64,000 nucleotides of DNA from Phoronis australis (taxonomy: Eukaryota; Animalia; Phoronida). Position 1 is the stretch's first letter. Every line of letters begins with the position of its first letter. The position numbers were made by a program, and so were the translations under genes. Below the pieces are notes generated by a model. It saw nothing but the letters and a program-made list of their open reading frames with translations, ran no database searches and was not told where the DNA came from. The stretch spans positions 861,874-925,873 of the forward strand of contig NMRA01000016.1 of NCBI GenBank assembly GCA_002633005.1, in the 5' to 3' direction. Below are positions 24,401 to 36,739 of the stretch, in pieces.

Positions 24401-27400
24401 CTGTTACATCATCATTGTCATGTGTTATGAGACGTGACCTCTGGCGGATCGTCGGAGGAAATGAATCCTGGTAGACGGCGGGAGATCGTAGTCGAGCCTC
24501 TAATAAGAGATGGAGAGTGCCAGCGGATTTGCACCGCTTCACGTGTCTTCCCACACCAGTATTTAATTGTTTTCCCTCACCAAGACTTTAGCATTATCCG
24601 ACGAGATGTTGACCGAAAACAGTGCTCACCAATCGCTGACACTTAGCCGGTCGATGTACCTTAATCTTAGTGCAGAGGTTCTTAGCAGTCTCACCCACGA
24701 AGAAGTGACAGCAGTCGATCTTGTCGATCCGTGACAGAGGTCACATCTTATGACACATGACACGGGCGAGGCTCCAGTTTACCGTCAATTCACCCGTCTT
24801 GAGACGAAATCCGAAGCTAATGGTTTCAAAAAAATTCATTACAGGTGACTTGACATTACTCATATGCTAATAGAGTCAGTAACATGGACAATGCTAATGT
24901 CATTGTTGTTAATATTATTATTATCGTTATCAGTACTATTATCATTATTGTTGCTGTTATTGTTATTATTGTTAGTAGTAATGGTATTACTATTATCATT
25001 ATCATTATCATTATTGCTATTTCTATTGCTGTTGATATTCTCATTGTTATTACTTAACAGGATGTCCAGACATCAGCCGAGTACTACATGCGTCTTTCAC
25101 CATAACTGGTTACACGAATGGCAGCCGGGTCACCTATTCGTGTGACGTTGGTTACCACGTTACATCAGGAAGTCTGCAGCGCCAGTGTTTGGAAAGTAAT
25201 CGATGGAGCGAGTCGCCACCAGTCTGTGAGCGTACGTATATTGTAAATAGATCGAAGGTATGATTTACGGTGCGCTAAACACTTCGTCTGTCATGGTATG
25301 TTTGAGTAATGTCACCTTTAAATACAATAACAAACAGTTCCTGCAATAAAAATCGTTAAATCAAACAATCAAGGTACTTTCTGCTTCTGTTTTGAATAAA
25401 ATTATACTGTCCGTTAAAGAAAGTGAATTTTGTATCTCCCTACGATTCTAATCCTCCGGAACTTGAAATTGACGTCATTCCTTTCCAACTTCACTTCAGA
25501 CCATCTGCCAGTGTCTGTTGATATGATGTAAACTAATTGTTAAATCTTGGTAGTATTGGGCAAATTGGTATTAAAATTCTCAATACTCCCTGCTACAGCA
25601 ACCGTGACACCGTTCATCATCTCTGGTTTATACTTTTCAGGTATTACGTGCGGAGACCCCGGTCTCTTGCATAGTGGTATCGTGCACTCTACTGGCAACA
25701 AGTTTAATGATAGCGCCACTTATACGTGTAACCATAACTGGACGTTGATGTTCGGCGATAGAACCAGGCATTGTGTAGAAGATGGTCATTGGACTGGGCG
25801 GAAACCCCACTGTATACCGAGTGGTAAGAAAAGCGTACGTCTATGTACAGTGTGATATGGGATTTTGAGGGTAAACTTGTATGGCATCCTTGTTCGTTGA
25901 CGCGACATCAAGTGCAAACTGTCTGTGCTAAATTTTAGTCTTCAGAGAATTACACCGCGATTCGTGTTTTCCACTTTTTGCTACACGACAATTCATGACC
26001 GATTAGATCTCATTCATTAGTTTTTCGAGAAATTGTTCTCGCTGGATAATACACCCACGCCATGCGTTTGTGGTACTATACTTACTTGTACGTCTCATGC
26101 AATATTAACATGCTTGCATGAATTCTTCAGAGGATATTACTTACCATCACTGACGGGCAAGATTTAGCGCTCAACCACAACAGGTTTAAAAGAAGTGTGC
26201 TTCATTTGCCCACAAGAGAAGAACACGTCGTGTGTAATACACGATGGTGTTAACTTACTTAGTAAATGTGTGTGCTCTTCCTAGGAATTGAAGTGACGCA
26301 TGCCTCTGCGTGTGAGGGTGAGGTCGGGAGGATGATATGCAAACCAGGCCAGCTTGTAACCGTCTTGTATGCCACCTATGGGCAGATAATTGGAAGCAAC
26401 ACATTCTGTGGCAGCGAAGTGTCATCTAGAACCAACCATTGTCAGGTTAGATTGAATTTACCCTAACGATTATTCGGGGCACGATGCGGCTAAGAAACTC
26501 TCAGCGTAAATGTCCGCTGAAGAATCGGTTCATTCTATTGATCACAGGTTTACCACGATACATGTACATGCGGCAAGGAGCTCATGTGAGAACATTTCCT
26601 TCTTTTGTGAAACTGAATTCGAGCACCGAAGGGTTGAAGGCCATTTTTAACCGGCTCTACGGAAGGAATTTCGATAATTTAGGTAAACTTTTCAGAAACT
26701 GGCTGTATACATGTATTCCGCGCATGTTTTATCGCACCAGTATTGACCAGTACGGGGTTCACTACCTAGTTAGTGCTGATGATTGGCTACAAGTTGGAGC
26801 CATGCAGGGTTCAAGTGAAATGGTGTGTACCTTCGTTTTGTCAAAACAATTAATCGAATCCAAAGTAGTGCTTTTTAAACTCTCGTCTTTATACAATCTT
26901 GGTATTTTTGAAGGAATCATGCTCAAGCTAACGTTACGAAGTAGTCTTTTGTAGCTAATATATTTCAGCCTACAATTCCGCGCTACGCCACTGCACTACA
27001 AGGCTGGAGCGCAAAAAGGCTTGTACCTCACTAGAAAGCAAGATCTTGCGAGATTCTGCCAGATATCGCCAAATAGTTTAAATGAGAGCACGTGATTTTG
27101 GTTAGATTTTCTGGCCACGAGACAGCTATCGAACTCTACCCAGGATCCACGGGGGTTCAGGAAATTGAAACCTCCTCTCGATGCGACCAAAGTCTGGCAC
27201 AAAAACGCCACCGATGATGCACGAAACCCAACATCCGTCTGAAATCGTAGATCACCCCTGGACACAAAAGTTTGTTGTTACTTCATTCATCCTGTGGCCA
27301 AAGTTCAACATCTGCTGCAGCTAGTTGCAGCAAACAGTACCTGACTTATTTCGTTTGAGCTGCTGTGGCCAAAATTTCCCATTTCCACCCGGCTAGATAC

Positions 27401-30400
27401 AAGTACATGAACACCTTTACTGGTTTGTTTTCAGTCGCCAAACGCTCTGACGATTGTCAAGAAGTACTGTAGAGAGCAAAGCGAATGCTCAATACCAAAT
27501 GGCGTGAGTGTGTTCGGAAGACCATGTTACCGAGGAAACCACAGCCTAGACGTATGGTTCAAATGCACAGGTACGAAATCAGACGAACTGGTGCATGATC
27601 TCCGGTAACCAATGCAATCATTTTAACAACGTTTTGTTTCTATTAAATGTATTCAAGAACTTCAAAGACAAATATTCAGGATACCTTGCAAAAGGTAGTC
27701 TAGCTTCTTAAGGGCTGATGTAAATCTAAAACGGTGGTCCCCACTTGATTTGAAAACGCAACCCTACTTGCCACCTCTCTTGGAAACCTGCACCTTTAAG
27801 TAGTCGTGAAAAAGATTCTCAGAAATCGTAATTTGATTTCACGTGATTTGATTTAGTGCTGAAGCGGTCTAGATCATAATCTCTTGCGGTCCTTACCGAC
27901 AAAACTAGATATTACGTTAACTGTGTGACACCCCCAGTGCATCTGTATGATCAATCTCTATGATAACAAGTAACAGTAAATGTTGATAAAACAATGGATT
28001 TAAATCGGCTTTACAGTACATGTCTAGCCAATTTAAGTCCATTGTTGTAATCTTTCTAATTTAATATACTGAAACTCGTATGATCCTGCACAACTTACAA
28101 ACATCAATGGCGTTCTTTGGAAATTAAACAGCACAGTGACAACATATCAAGCTTGATCATGGGCGGCACAGCAATGAAAAAAGTGGGGCCATAGCCCCCC
28201 AGCCCCCTATGGTGCGCCGCCAATGATTGATGCTTATTAAAATTCATCATGTCAAAAAGAAACCTACAGTATGGATCTTAAAAAGATACTGGTCCATGTA
28301 CATGTACCTTGGTGATTTCACATAAACTTCGTTCTGCCGTCTGGTAATATACTTTGGGTGTCTCATTTGAACGATGAAACCGTCATCAAACTGTAACCAC
28401 TCACTCTCCGTGTCACAAGATGGGTCCTGTGGTTTTTGTTTGTGGTCTTTCCCCCACAGGTATCGTGCACCCCGCCTGAAGTGTTAGACGGCCACACTAC
28501 AATTAGGCAACAGATCACTACTCCGAAGGCACACTACTCCGAAACATCCACAACTTTGAAAGCTTACTACTCCGAAAGAAGACCAGTGATCCGATTTTTT
28601 TTTAATTTGTTTCCACGAAAACTATTAAACCCATTTCAAATTGCTAATGAAACATTTTTGTTTGAGTGAACTTCTTGGCATTCGATTAGCATACGTAAAA
28701 CAGCGAACCCATCAAGGCCCACTAAGTTCATTTTGGTAACCATGCTTCGCGCAAGTGTGTATACGTGTTTTGCGAAAATGATCTTTATGTCGTCTACAAA
28801 AATGACTCAAAAAAATAACAGATGAGTCAAGCATCAACATCGTTTAGAAATTTTGAAAATCAATTTAGTGAAAGTCGAGTAAAGAAAATCAAAGCATTTT
28901 TTTACGGAGTTAGTGTTTTTCTTTCGGAGTTCTGGATCATCGGAGTAGTGGGTTGTAAGCGGATTGTAAGGTGTTTCATATATGCTCTAAACTTTTGAGA
29001 GCTGACGAGAGTTTTAAAGAATATCGTATACATGGTGTATACCAGACAGGTTAATATAGAAGTCGTTGGTAATATCTGCTAATAGGTAAGAGACCGGTTC
29101 AATATCTTTCTTTTCAAAAATGTGTCCATGTCGTTCTGGAATAACGTGTTTTAGAAAATACAAATTTTGCTCGTCATATCTAACCACCGTCACTTATCTC
29201 TCACTTAGGGTGCGGTTTTCCGATGCTACCTGACCACTGCGATGTGGAGTGGACGGGTTTACATCATGGTGACGTATCGTCATACACTTGTCTGCCTGGA
29301 TACAACAGAACAGATGGAGATGATGCTTTGCGATGTACTGAATCTGGCCACTGGAGTGGCACTTTACCTACGTGCACACGTAAGTCATGGTTTCAGTGGC
29401 ATTGGTTTGGACTCTCTTGTGCGTCATCTGCTACGTCGAAGCATCCCTCTACCTTAAAGGGAAATACTGTAAACATACACCTCGTTTCTGACAAAGAATT
29501 AAAAGGATACCAAACCCGGTTTTGGCCTGTTAAAAAAATGTAAAACGGCTTTCCCATCCAATGGCCCTGAAACAACACAATGCTCTATAAGCCTCTCCAA
29601 CTCTCAAAAGCCTGGAGGAAAATTTGAAAATTCCTTTCGAAGTCTGCTTCACGGTCAAGCGTGACTACATACACATGTACATTTTGTACGCTTTCAGTGA
29701 ATTACAAGGCAACTGTGGGCGAAATGCCACAGATCACCAAGAACTATAATATTCAACCTGTGAAACAGGTAGTGTACGTGTCTAGTCAATCCATGCTTTT
29801 ATATTTCAAGCTTGATGCCATTGATTGGCTGAAATCGTCGAAATAGGGTTTAGTACCCTTTTAATTTAAGCCTCGGGCTTTTATTAAGTCGGTCTCATCT
29901 TGTTCTGTATTCCGATGAGAAATCATTTTTGGGCTTAGAAATGCATGTACTGCAAAACCATTATTTCTCGATACCAGGTCTATTAACTTGCTTACCACGA
30001 TAGGTTACTTCCAGTCGCTAAGTAAGGGCTGGCGTCAGGGGATTCCCAGGCTATTTGTTGTAACCAATTTCAATCCGAGCAAGACGCATAAAAACGTGAA
30101 GATGTTGCTTTAGAATGGCAAACGCCTGTGTAGGAAGTTGCTTGTATGTCAGCAACAAATCAGATGCTTTGATTCGTTTCAGGAGTAATTTGTGATGATG
30201 TCAGCGTTGCGGAAGGCGCGTCAATTGTAAACATCACAGGCAGAAGATATACTGATGTCATTGTCTATACTTGTGAGAGTGGATTCTATCACGCAAGTGG
30301 TGACATCTACAGGGAATGTCTTGCAAATGGCACATGGAGCGGAGTACCTTTTGTTTGTCAACGTAAGTTGACATTTACATTGAAAATCCAACCAAATATT

Positions 30401-31237
30401 TTTAGCTAAAAGCGATTGGAAGTTAATGTGTTATGTGGAGGTGTATGAGTGAAAGAAAAATTATTAGAATATCCTCGATTTTGAAACCAGAATTTAGAAG
30501 AGTTTTATTTCCAGATAGAATCGTTTGTCGGACGCCTGTAGAAAAGTCCAGCTTTACAAGTGAATTAATGTTTGATAAAAACCTATGAGACACACAATAT
30601 CAATACAATTGAAATATAAGATCGCGCACAGCAATGATAGGGGTGGTAGAACCAAAAACAAAAAAAAACTCGAACAAGGGACGGAATCACGTTCTTGATA
30701 CAACAGATAAAAAACGAGGTACACATTCCCATGCTAGCTTTGAGAGCAAGTCGAATTCTCAATATTATTAAAAATAAACAGGAAACTGTTCATGCAACGC
30801 CCCTAACGTAAAGCCCCGTTTATATGCAGCACTTTTACACATGTAAATATACACCATATGCAAACCTATACCTGGGTGTAAATGTAAATTTACATCGCGC
30901 TTGTATGAGAGAAATAAAAGCAATATTTACCCTCAAAACTTTAAAACATTTCTCAGCGAAGTTGACACGAGCAACGTTTGCAAATAAAGAGATGATTATT
31001 GAAGAACATATGGTTTGAATATGGGTAGTTCTGAGGTTCGGGTATCAATCCCCACACAGTTGCTTTTGGAGCTATCTCGCAAACGGCAGTTGATGTTGTA
31101 GACTGGGGGAAATCATTTGATAATAAAATTTCAAACACGAAGAGTGGTTTGGAAATTGTCAAATGGCAGATGCCCTTCAAGAGATCCATGGGCTTACTCA
31201 TTTTGCCAGCAGCAGCAGCAGCAGGAGCAGCAGCAGG

Positions 31238-31268
<31 letters not shown>

Positions 31269-33148
31269 CATCCGCTGCCACCACCACCATTTCAATAAAA
31301 GACCATACCAAGCCACACAGGAAAACAGAGGACGTTTTAAGGAAGTGGTGTTGCTTTAAGTAGAGATGGGGTCACAGAAATAAAACTTTGTAACGGCACT
31401 TTTGGCGAGGTGATCTTGCTTTTACACCCGGATGTAAATTTAAATCGCGTGCACCCGATCCAGGTGTACTTGCACATGTGTAAATTCACCTTGACATGAC
31501 CTTTAGAGGTGGTGTAATTATACACCCGAGTGTAGTTTTACATCCGGATGTGTTTTCGTTTATATGGCAAAATACACACCGTAGTATACACTCGGGTGTT
31601 CATTGTATAAATGTATTCTGGGGCTTAAACGCCATCATGTACACGGGGGATTTGCTTTCGTTGAAAAAAGGACTCAGTTTTCAGATATACGCATATACCT
31701 AGAAAACGTTATAAATAAAGTGGAGCCTCAACCCAAGATTATATAGTAGAACAACGTGCCATTTTGGAGTAAACGCAGACACAAATATACAGGCAAAAAA
31801 TTTAAAGAACCTAGCTGAGTTCCTGTTTACGTCAACTTTATGCAACCGGCCACAGATTCCTTAGATGGCGGGTGAAGACTACTCGTGAGCGATTCAAGCC
31901 TTATAATTTGCTACTTAACAACTATCGTAAATCTTGTTTCCAGGAATAAGTTGTGGTAAACCGCCAAAGGGTATTAATACCAGAGTCGCTGGTACATCTT
32001 ATCTCTTTGGGGACATCGTTCGTTTCCAGTGCTTCTTTGGATACGACTACGTCAACGGAAGCTTGTCGAGACAGTGTCTGCAGAATGGCACGTGGTCGGG
32101 AGAAACGCAGATTTGTGAAGGTGAGTGGTCTCGCTGGTTCCCTGCGTGCTTAGCCCAGGTATGAGGCAAATATCAAAAGGAGGATATCAATAGGCCTAAG
32201 TGAACGCCATTGAGATCCAAATCTACGTACGTTACCGCGCCGATGATAGACATTCATACTTAGATAATGTCAAGACCAAAATACTGTGCTTCGTTTTTAT
32301 TCCCCATCCCAGAGCACTCTATCGTACGGAGTCTTCTTGGTAAGGTGGCTTCTGCTTTTTGGTAAATACCACCTGTTTACTGTTTACCAGCACCAATATT
32401 AAGCTGAACGTCTCGATGGTTTTACCACTAAACTGAAATGGTGACGGTGCCGGCTGACTCCTGTCCCACAATTCTTTGAGTGCACGACGTCTTTTACAAT
32501 GCGTAAAAAGATCAATGGCAGTCTGATATGCGAAAGCACTCCAAAACATTGCTAAGAAAAAATGAAGTTATTGCCGGTAATTGCAATCCCTGAGCTTGCT
32601 GGCATTAATTGTTCCATCTGTTTGCTACATGTAATATATACATACTTCACAGCGAAGTCTTCAGAGCACGTGCACGATTATCATCTATTTCTTTGGCGAA
32701 AAGTAACTTGGCTAAGAGGCAGACAGCGAGGAGAAAGATCACGATATTTTCATCCTAAATGCATAGTGGAAACTGCTTATTTTGCATTTCAGAAAAGCCC
32801 GGCCCGCCAGCTAACGAAATCAAGGCTACGTGGAAACTCGTGAAGGAAGAAGCACCCGGTTCACCGTTCATCGGGGGAGCCGCTATCATATTCTTAGTGG
32901 GAGCCATTACCTTTATCGTCATTCTAGACTTAGCAACTTGTGGTCCCCACTACGCAGTAATACGACGGAACATTTCAGACTTTCGGAATTTCGTCATTGA
33001 AAAATGGCAGCTGTGCCGAAATACCGTCGACAGTGATTCAAAAGATTCATGTGAAGATAGAGGCAAACATGCAAAAGACTTAGTTGTGTTGGAAAGTGGA
33101 CGAACTGTTTCGAGTGACGTAGTAACAAATGGAGGTGTAAATGTGTGA
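15316..33148 (+). CDS. Sushi/CCP + C-type lectin + SUEL (Gal/rhamnose lectin-like) type I transmembrane protein, 13 exons, at least 735 aa, N-terminus unresolved
   Basis: Exons 15316-15481, 18968-19060, 19940-20105, 20369-20503, 20849-20961, 25061-25231, 25641-25823, 26285-26445, 27435-27570, 29209-29379, 30183-30362, 31944-32120 and 32793-33148 are all GT-AG and phase-compatible (2208 nt, open). There are six C..C..C.W..C Sushi units, a CTLD with WIG, QPN and WYD, a SUEL-like domain (ACEG, YG, RPC), and the TM segment FIGGAAIIFLVGAITFIVILDL. Confidence 0.88.
15495..15880. mobile_element. MITE-like dispersed repeat (ACTCGA family)
   Basis: Both ends resemble the termini of the 35772-36190 copy (TTGTACTCGAA.TCGAACT / GAGTTC.ATTTCGAGTACAAAG). 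Confidence 0.5.
18290..18587. repeat. Minisatellite, six units of 49-51 bp
   Basis: Unit approximately GTCCATTGTACCTCGCCAGAGAGGGTGCCCATGATAAGTACAGTTTGTA, repeated six times. It explains the repetitive ORFs at 18243-18628. Confidence 0.92.
18968..19060 (+). CDS. Exon: second half of Sushi 1
   Basis: GYQPVAGDKLRTCTDLTGVDGEWSGQPLSCK, phase 1-1. Confidence 0.85.
19940..20961 (+). CDS. C-type lectin domain, three exons (19940-20105, 20369-20503, 20849-20961)
   Basis: CPSDW...CFKFF..LDWDSAKNYC..GGSLA / WFWIGVND..EG.W..W.DGQPN / NCV..WYDRQC..FLCE. Confidence 0.9.
22060..22135 (-). mobile_element. Degenerate tRNA-derived SINE head
   Basis: Minus strand TAGCTCGTCAGC...CCAGGTTCAAATC gives A-box-like and B-box motifs at tRNA spacing. 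No cloverleaf. Confidence 0.3.
24300..24830 (-). mobile_element. Decayed Penelope-like element 3' fragment (GIY-YIG remnant)
   Basis: Minus-strand translation IDKIDCCHFFVGETAKNLCTKIKVHR...STVFGQHL (with stops) resembles the GIY-YIG YVGET.R.L..R..EH motif. It is followed by a degenerate hammerhead-like sequence at 24328-24369. Confidence 0.5.
24895..25052. repeat. Degenerate (TTA/TTG/TCA)n trinucleotide microsatellite just upstream of the Sushi 2 exon
   Basis: Visible ATT/GTT/ATC periodicity; source of the poly-L and poly-I ORFs. Confidence 0.85.
25061..25231 (+). CDS. Exon: Sushi 2 (not in the ORF track in this frame)
   Basis: GCPDISRVLHASFTITGYTNGSRVTYSCDVGYHVTSGSLQRQCLESNRWSESPPVCE. Confidence 0.88.
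25641..25823 (+). CDS. Exon: Sushi 3
   Basis: ITCGDPG...ATYTCNHNW...TRHCVEDGHWTGRKPHC. Confidence 0.9.
26285..27570 (+). CDS. SUEL/Gal_lectin-like domain, two exons (26285-26445, 27435-27570)
   Basis: ACEGEVGRMICKPGQLVTVLYATYGQ...C...CQ | SPNALTIVKKYCREQSECSI..VFGRPC...LDVWFKC. Confidence 0.85.
28158..28224. mobile_element. Short MITE with CATGGGCGGC-type TIR (related to 47094-47228)
   Basis: CATGGGCGGC...GCCGCCAATG. Confidence 0.5.
28506..28960. mobile_element. MITE with CACTACTCCGA subterminal inverted repeats
   Basis: Left end has three CTACTCCGAA copies. The right end has inverted TTCGGAGT and TCGGAGTAGTG. Confidence 0.6.
29209..29379 (+). CDS. Exon: Sushi 4
   Basis: GCGFP...SYTCLPGY...RCTESGHWSGTLPTC, phase 1-1. 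Confidence 0.9.
30183..30362 (+). CDS. Exon: Sushi 5 (absent from the ORF track)
   Basis: VICDDVSV...IVYTCESGFY..SGDIYRECLANGTWSGVPFVCQ. Confidence 0.9.
30812..31625. mobile_element. PIF/Harbinger-type MITE (TAA target duplication) containing a (CAG)n tract
   Basis: TAA|AGCCCC...GGGGCT|TAA, with internal TTTACAC/GTGTAAA inverted motifs. Confidence 0.5.
31206..31290. repeat. (CAG)n/(CAC)n microsatellite
   Basis: About 20 CAG/GAG/AAG triplets followed by CAC repeats; intronic. Confidence 0.9.
31944..32120 (+). CDS. Exon: Sushi 6
   Basis: ISCGKPP...VRFQCFFGY..NGSLSRQCLQNGTWSGETQICE. Confidence 0.9.
32793..33148 (+). CDS. Terminal exon: transmembrane helix and cytoplasmic tail
   Basis: Acceptor TTTTGCATTTCAG|, hydrophobic ~22-aa run, stop TGA at 33146-33148. 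Confidence 0.88.
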
Positions 33149-33166
33149 CAAATTGCAAGGTTGGAC

Positions 33167-33217
33167 TGTGCGTGTGCGTGTGCGTGTACGTGCGTGCCTG
33201 TGTAAATGCGTGTGTGT
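33167..33217. repeat. (GTGCGT)/(GT)n microsatellite in the 3'UTR
   Basis: TGTGCGTGTGCGTGTGCGTGTACGTGCGTG...GTGTGTGT. Confidence 0.75.
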
Positions 33218-33439
33218 ATTTGTTAAAGGCTACCGGCTGACAGAATTTCATTATCAACAAACAATTCAACACCAGTCACATGGCTTTAGCATCTTTTTCT
33301 CAGCATTTAGTGATAAGAAATGAACAAACATGGTGTCTCAAAATTGTACAAAGAAATATGAGTGGATGGAAATGGTTGGCTTGGTGATATTTTCCCTATT
33401 TCAAGAATTCCAAGGTTCGTTTTGGGAAGTTTAAAAATG

Positions 33440-33644
33440 AGAATATTGTCGCAATTAATTCTCGTTCGGACAACAAAAACCAACCTTTGCACCACCTCAA
33501 CCAGCTTTGCAGCTCCAGCGACGGCATTGAGTAATTTTTCAACACTACTTCTAATTTTTAGCAGAACGACATTAGCTCCCAATTAAACCATTTCCTGTTG
33601 TTCTTTTGTCGAAATGTTGTGTATACATTTTGGGGCACCCTGTA
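33440..33644 (-). mobile_element. Possible Tc1/mariner terminal remnant
   Basis: Minus strand begins TA|CAGGGTGCCCCAAAA, a typical Tc1/mariner TIR start with TA, followed by a broken frame STKEQQEMV. No second TIR was found. Confidence 0.3.
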
Positions 33645-35771
33645 TACTGATAAATATACTATATATGTATTTTGATAAAAGGATAAATTTTGTAATCCAA
33701 ACATAAACTGTCAGTATTGAAGTAAAGCTTTTTGAGTTCATTTGGTACGAACAATTACCAATACTTCTGTACAAGGTTGATGACTAAAAACATGTTTATA
33801 AAAACTCTGCCTATAATGAACCTGTTTCTGGACATCGCGTTACATATCAACACTGAAGCATAACTCTTAACCTTCGAAACTATAAACTAATTCTATAGCT
33901 AGCGCGTGGGATATCTGCGTCTTAGAAACAGTAGGCAGAGACGCTCAGGTTATGCAGGACCATAAAAAATTGGCCAAACTTGAAACATCCTATCTCAGAA
34001 GTGTTTTATTGGATTATATGAAGCATTCAGATACTATGCTCTGTGTATTGATCTCCAAAATGTTGTTAGGAATTGTTTGAGTGCTTATTACCTTTGCATG
34101 AAGTGATGCTAAAAATAGGACTTTCGTAATATTCAAATGATCTAAAGATGCATAAAACGAAAACGAACAGTTCATTTACAAAACTATGCCGTTTTTGAGC
34201 TTTCAGTTACAACATTGATGTCACGTGAAGTTTGGTTATGTTATTGATACCGTCGTTTTCCTATCAATGTACCTTTCATAAATACTACAAAGACACATGA
34301 TCACATAACGCGATTCATGTCAGATTACATATAAAATTAAATTCGACAAGCTTTCTATTTACAGAATGTACGTACTTTTACTGAGTTAAAATCTATAGTT
34401 TTCTAGATAATTGGTAAACACGCAGAAGTTTCAATATGTCCCATATTACCTTAAAGTTTAGGACCTACATAGATATAACCGACATCTACGTGTTGGTCGC
34501 TTAACCCACCTGGCGTCGGGTCAACCGTCTACAGTGTACTTTACCTACATGTACATGTACTTGAGCAAGTGGTCCTCACGGGGAGCGGCAGTTATCATCG
34601 GAACCCACTGCAGACAGCGAGTTTAAAGTTTGATCCCGTAGTCAATAAAATTGCGAGACATATTGTGTCTTGCTCTCGGAGATATCTGCACACAACCACA
34701 TGCAGGTAGATTTTCATTGATTCGCTGAAATTTACGACCATCGGAACCCTCCTATCGTTTTTCAAGTGCAATACTGCGTTTTACGCTTCGACTATACTCA
34801 AGGTGACTGATACGTATATCTGCGTACCAGGTAAGAGAATGCAAAACTGTGTCGTAATAAATAGTTAAGCAGCGAAAAAATACAAACACGAAGATTAGGT
34901 GAGTAGAGTGAAATCATGGTTGTATTTATATTTGATGAAAAGCAAATTTTCTTTTACAAAATGTTGTAACGAACGTCAATTTATCAGTTAAATGTGCTAT
35001 TCTTTTATCAGAGTGTCTTTAAAATGACAAAATTCAGACCATGAAAGCGTTTTCCCGTTCAGTACCTTTACTAGACTTAGGGGGTTCTGAGCGTGTGATA
35101 ACATCTAGCTTCTTTGTTAACTGCAAAGCACAGTCTTTTGTCTGTTATGACAACACGCAGGCCAATTATCTACCAGGCTTATTACAGACCACGTGTGAAC
35201 GCAGTCAAACTCAGAGCGAATTCGGAAAGAATAGATTGTCGTAACTTCGGTTGTAGTTGGGCGATTTTGGCGATTCAAAAACTAAACGTGATCTCCATTT
35301 GACAAAGATTTCAGAAATGCTATTGGTTTTTGTTCAAATATGTTATAACTTTTATTTTTAACAGCACGTAAACAGCCCGCTAATGGTATAGATACGATCT
35401 TATAAGAGATTAGTCTACGAGAAATTATCGAAGAAAAGAGAGCTGGCCCTCTAACCATAAATTCCAGAATGGGGTTAGTCAGTGGTGTAAGATATTAACT
35501 ACAGGGCCAAACTTCCCAACTTGTTGTTGGGCTATAGAATCGAACAAATTAGGAGCAACGGGAAAACGCCGTAATGCAGTTAGTAGTAATGGAGACTGTT
35601 CATTTACATGTTGACGTAGGCAGGTGATATCCTGGAAATCTAAAGTATTGATAATGTGTTAATAGACAGCGTGTAGTGCGCATAACTAAAGCCTGAAAAC
35701 AAACGAGATGTAGTAATGATAACATACCTAATGGCGTCGTTATCAATAGTTTAGAAACGGTTACACAATCC

Positions 35772-36190
35772 TGGCCCGAGCCTTAAACTTTGTACTCGAA
35801 ATCGAACTCAAAATTAGTTTCGACACCTTTCTTTTCTGCATTTAATACAAATAGGTTAGCGACTAACATTCTACTTGATCCACTCGTGTTATGCTTCACG
35901 TGGAGAACTTTCTAACGCTAGTTTGCAATTGACGACCCCAGCATCCAAGCTTCGAGTTCGAACTCGAAATTTCGAGATTTTACTCTTAATTTGAAGTTTT
36001 TGTTTAACTCAAATCTAGAGATCATCAAGTGCGATTTTAGGCAATAAAATCATCGACATAAACCAGACTATACAATGTACTTGAGCTTTGTGTAACAGAC
36101 ACTTATCTTGAGTAGGGGTTAAATCTGAGAAAAAACGTCAAACAGAATTTCGAGTTCAATTTCCAGAACAAAGACGAGATACGGGCCCTG
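35772..36190. mobile_element. MITE (ACTCGA family) with GGCCCG/CGGGCC termini
   Basis: Imperfect TIRs of ~50 bp; similar to 5180-5400 and 15495-15880. Confidence 0.55.
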
Positions 36191-36329
36191 AACTTCTGTT
36201 TACTTTTGTAAAGTGATGTCACGTGTTGGAGCAATCTGTTGACTGGGGGTGGGGGGCCGGGGGCCGGGGGCCAGGGGGTGGAGACTGGGCCTCAAAGTAA
36301 CCAAGTTTCTCATGACAATCTCTTAAGAT

Positions 36330-36735
36330 TTTTACCAATTTTGGTTTGTATAGAATCCAGTTTGTTTTTAAACATGATGCCTGCGCAATTGTGTGACCGT
36401 TTGCCGAAACCGGTATTTTTGATCGATAATTTTATCTGCCGAGATAATGATGTGATTATAGTGGTGAGTGATTTTTGGTGCCATCGACTGCTCTTCCAAG
36501 AAAAACATTGTGAATACCAGCCCACACACCTCTTCGTTTTCAGCATGTGAACCACAAGTTTTTGAGTACAGGACATGTCATTTCGAGTCTGCTATTTATA
36601 GTTCATCTCAGTTGTGTGGTTAAAGTGACTTATAAGCCCAACTGGCCTGGGTACTTATTTTTTACGAATGTTGTAGCTAGAACTGTTTGAATTAATTGTA
36701 CTTGTCACTGTATTAAATAAATGCAAATACAAATG
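36330..36735 (+). mobile_element. Degenerate LINE 3' end (CR1/L2-like)
   Basis: A broken frame with an ..ETG.. motif and Cys residues, ending in an A-rich short-repeat tail TAAATAAATGCAAATACAAAT. Confidence 0.3.
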
Positions 36736-36739
36736 TTAA

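Noticed and set aside
24856-25145. Poly-Leu/poly-Ile membrane protein ORFs
   Set aside because: Translation of a trinucleotide microsatellite; the real exon starts at 25061 in another frame.
28305-28477. Possible nested minus-strand exon (…SEWLQFDDGFIVQM…)
   Set aside because: No partner exons were found, and the W..FDD similarity to ubiquitin proteases is too short.
31117-31363. PolyQ/polyS protein or a Ser/Thr-rich stalk exon
   Set aside because: A (CAG)n tract within a MITE-like element. No convincing donor was found, and the flanking Sushi exons join in phase without it.
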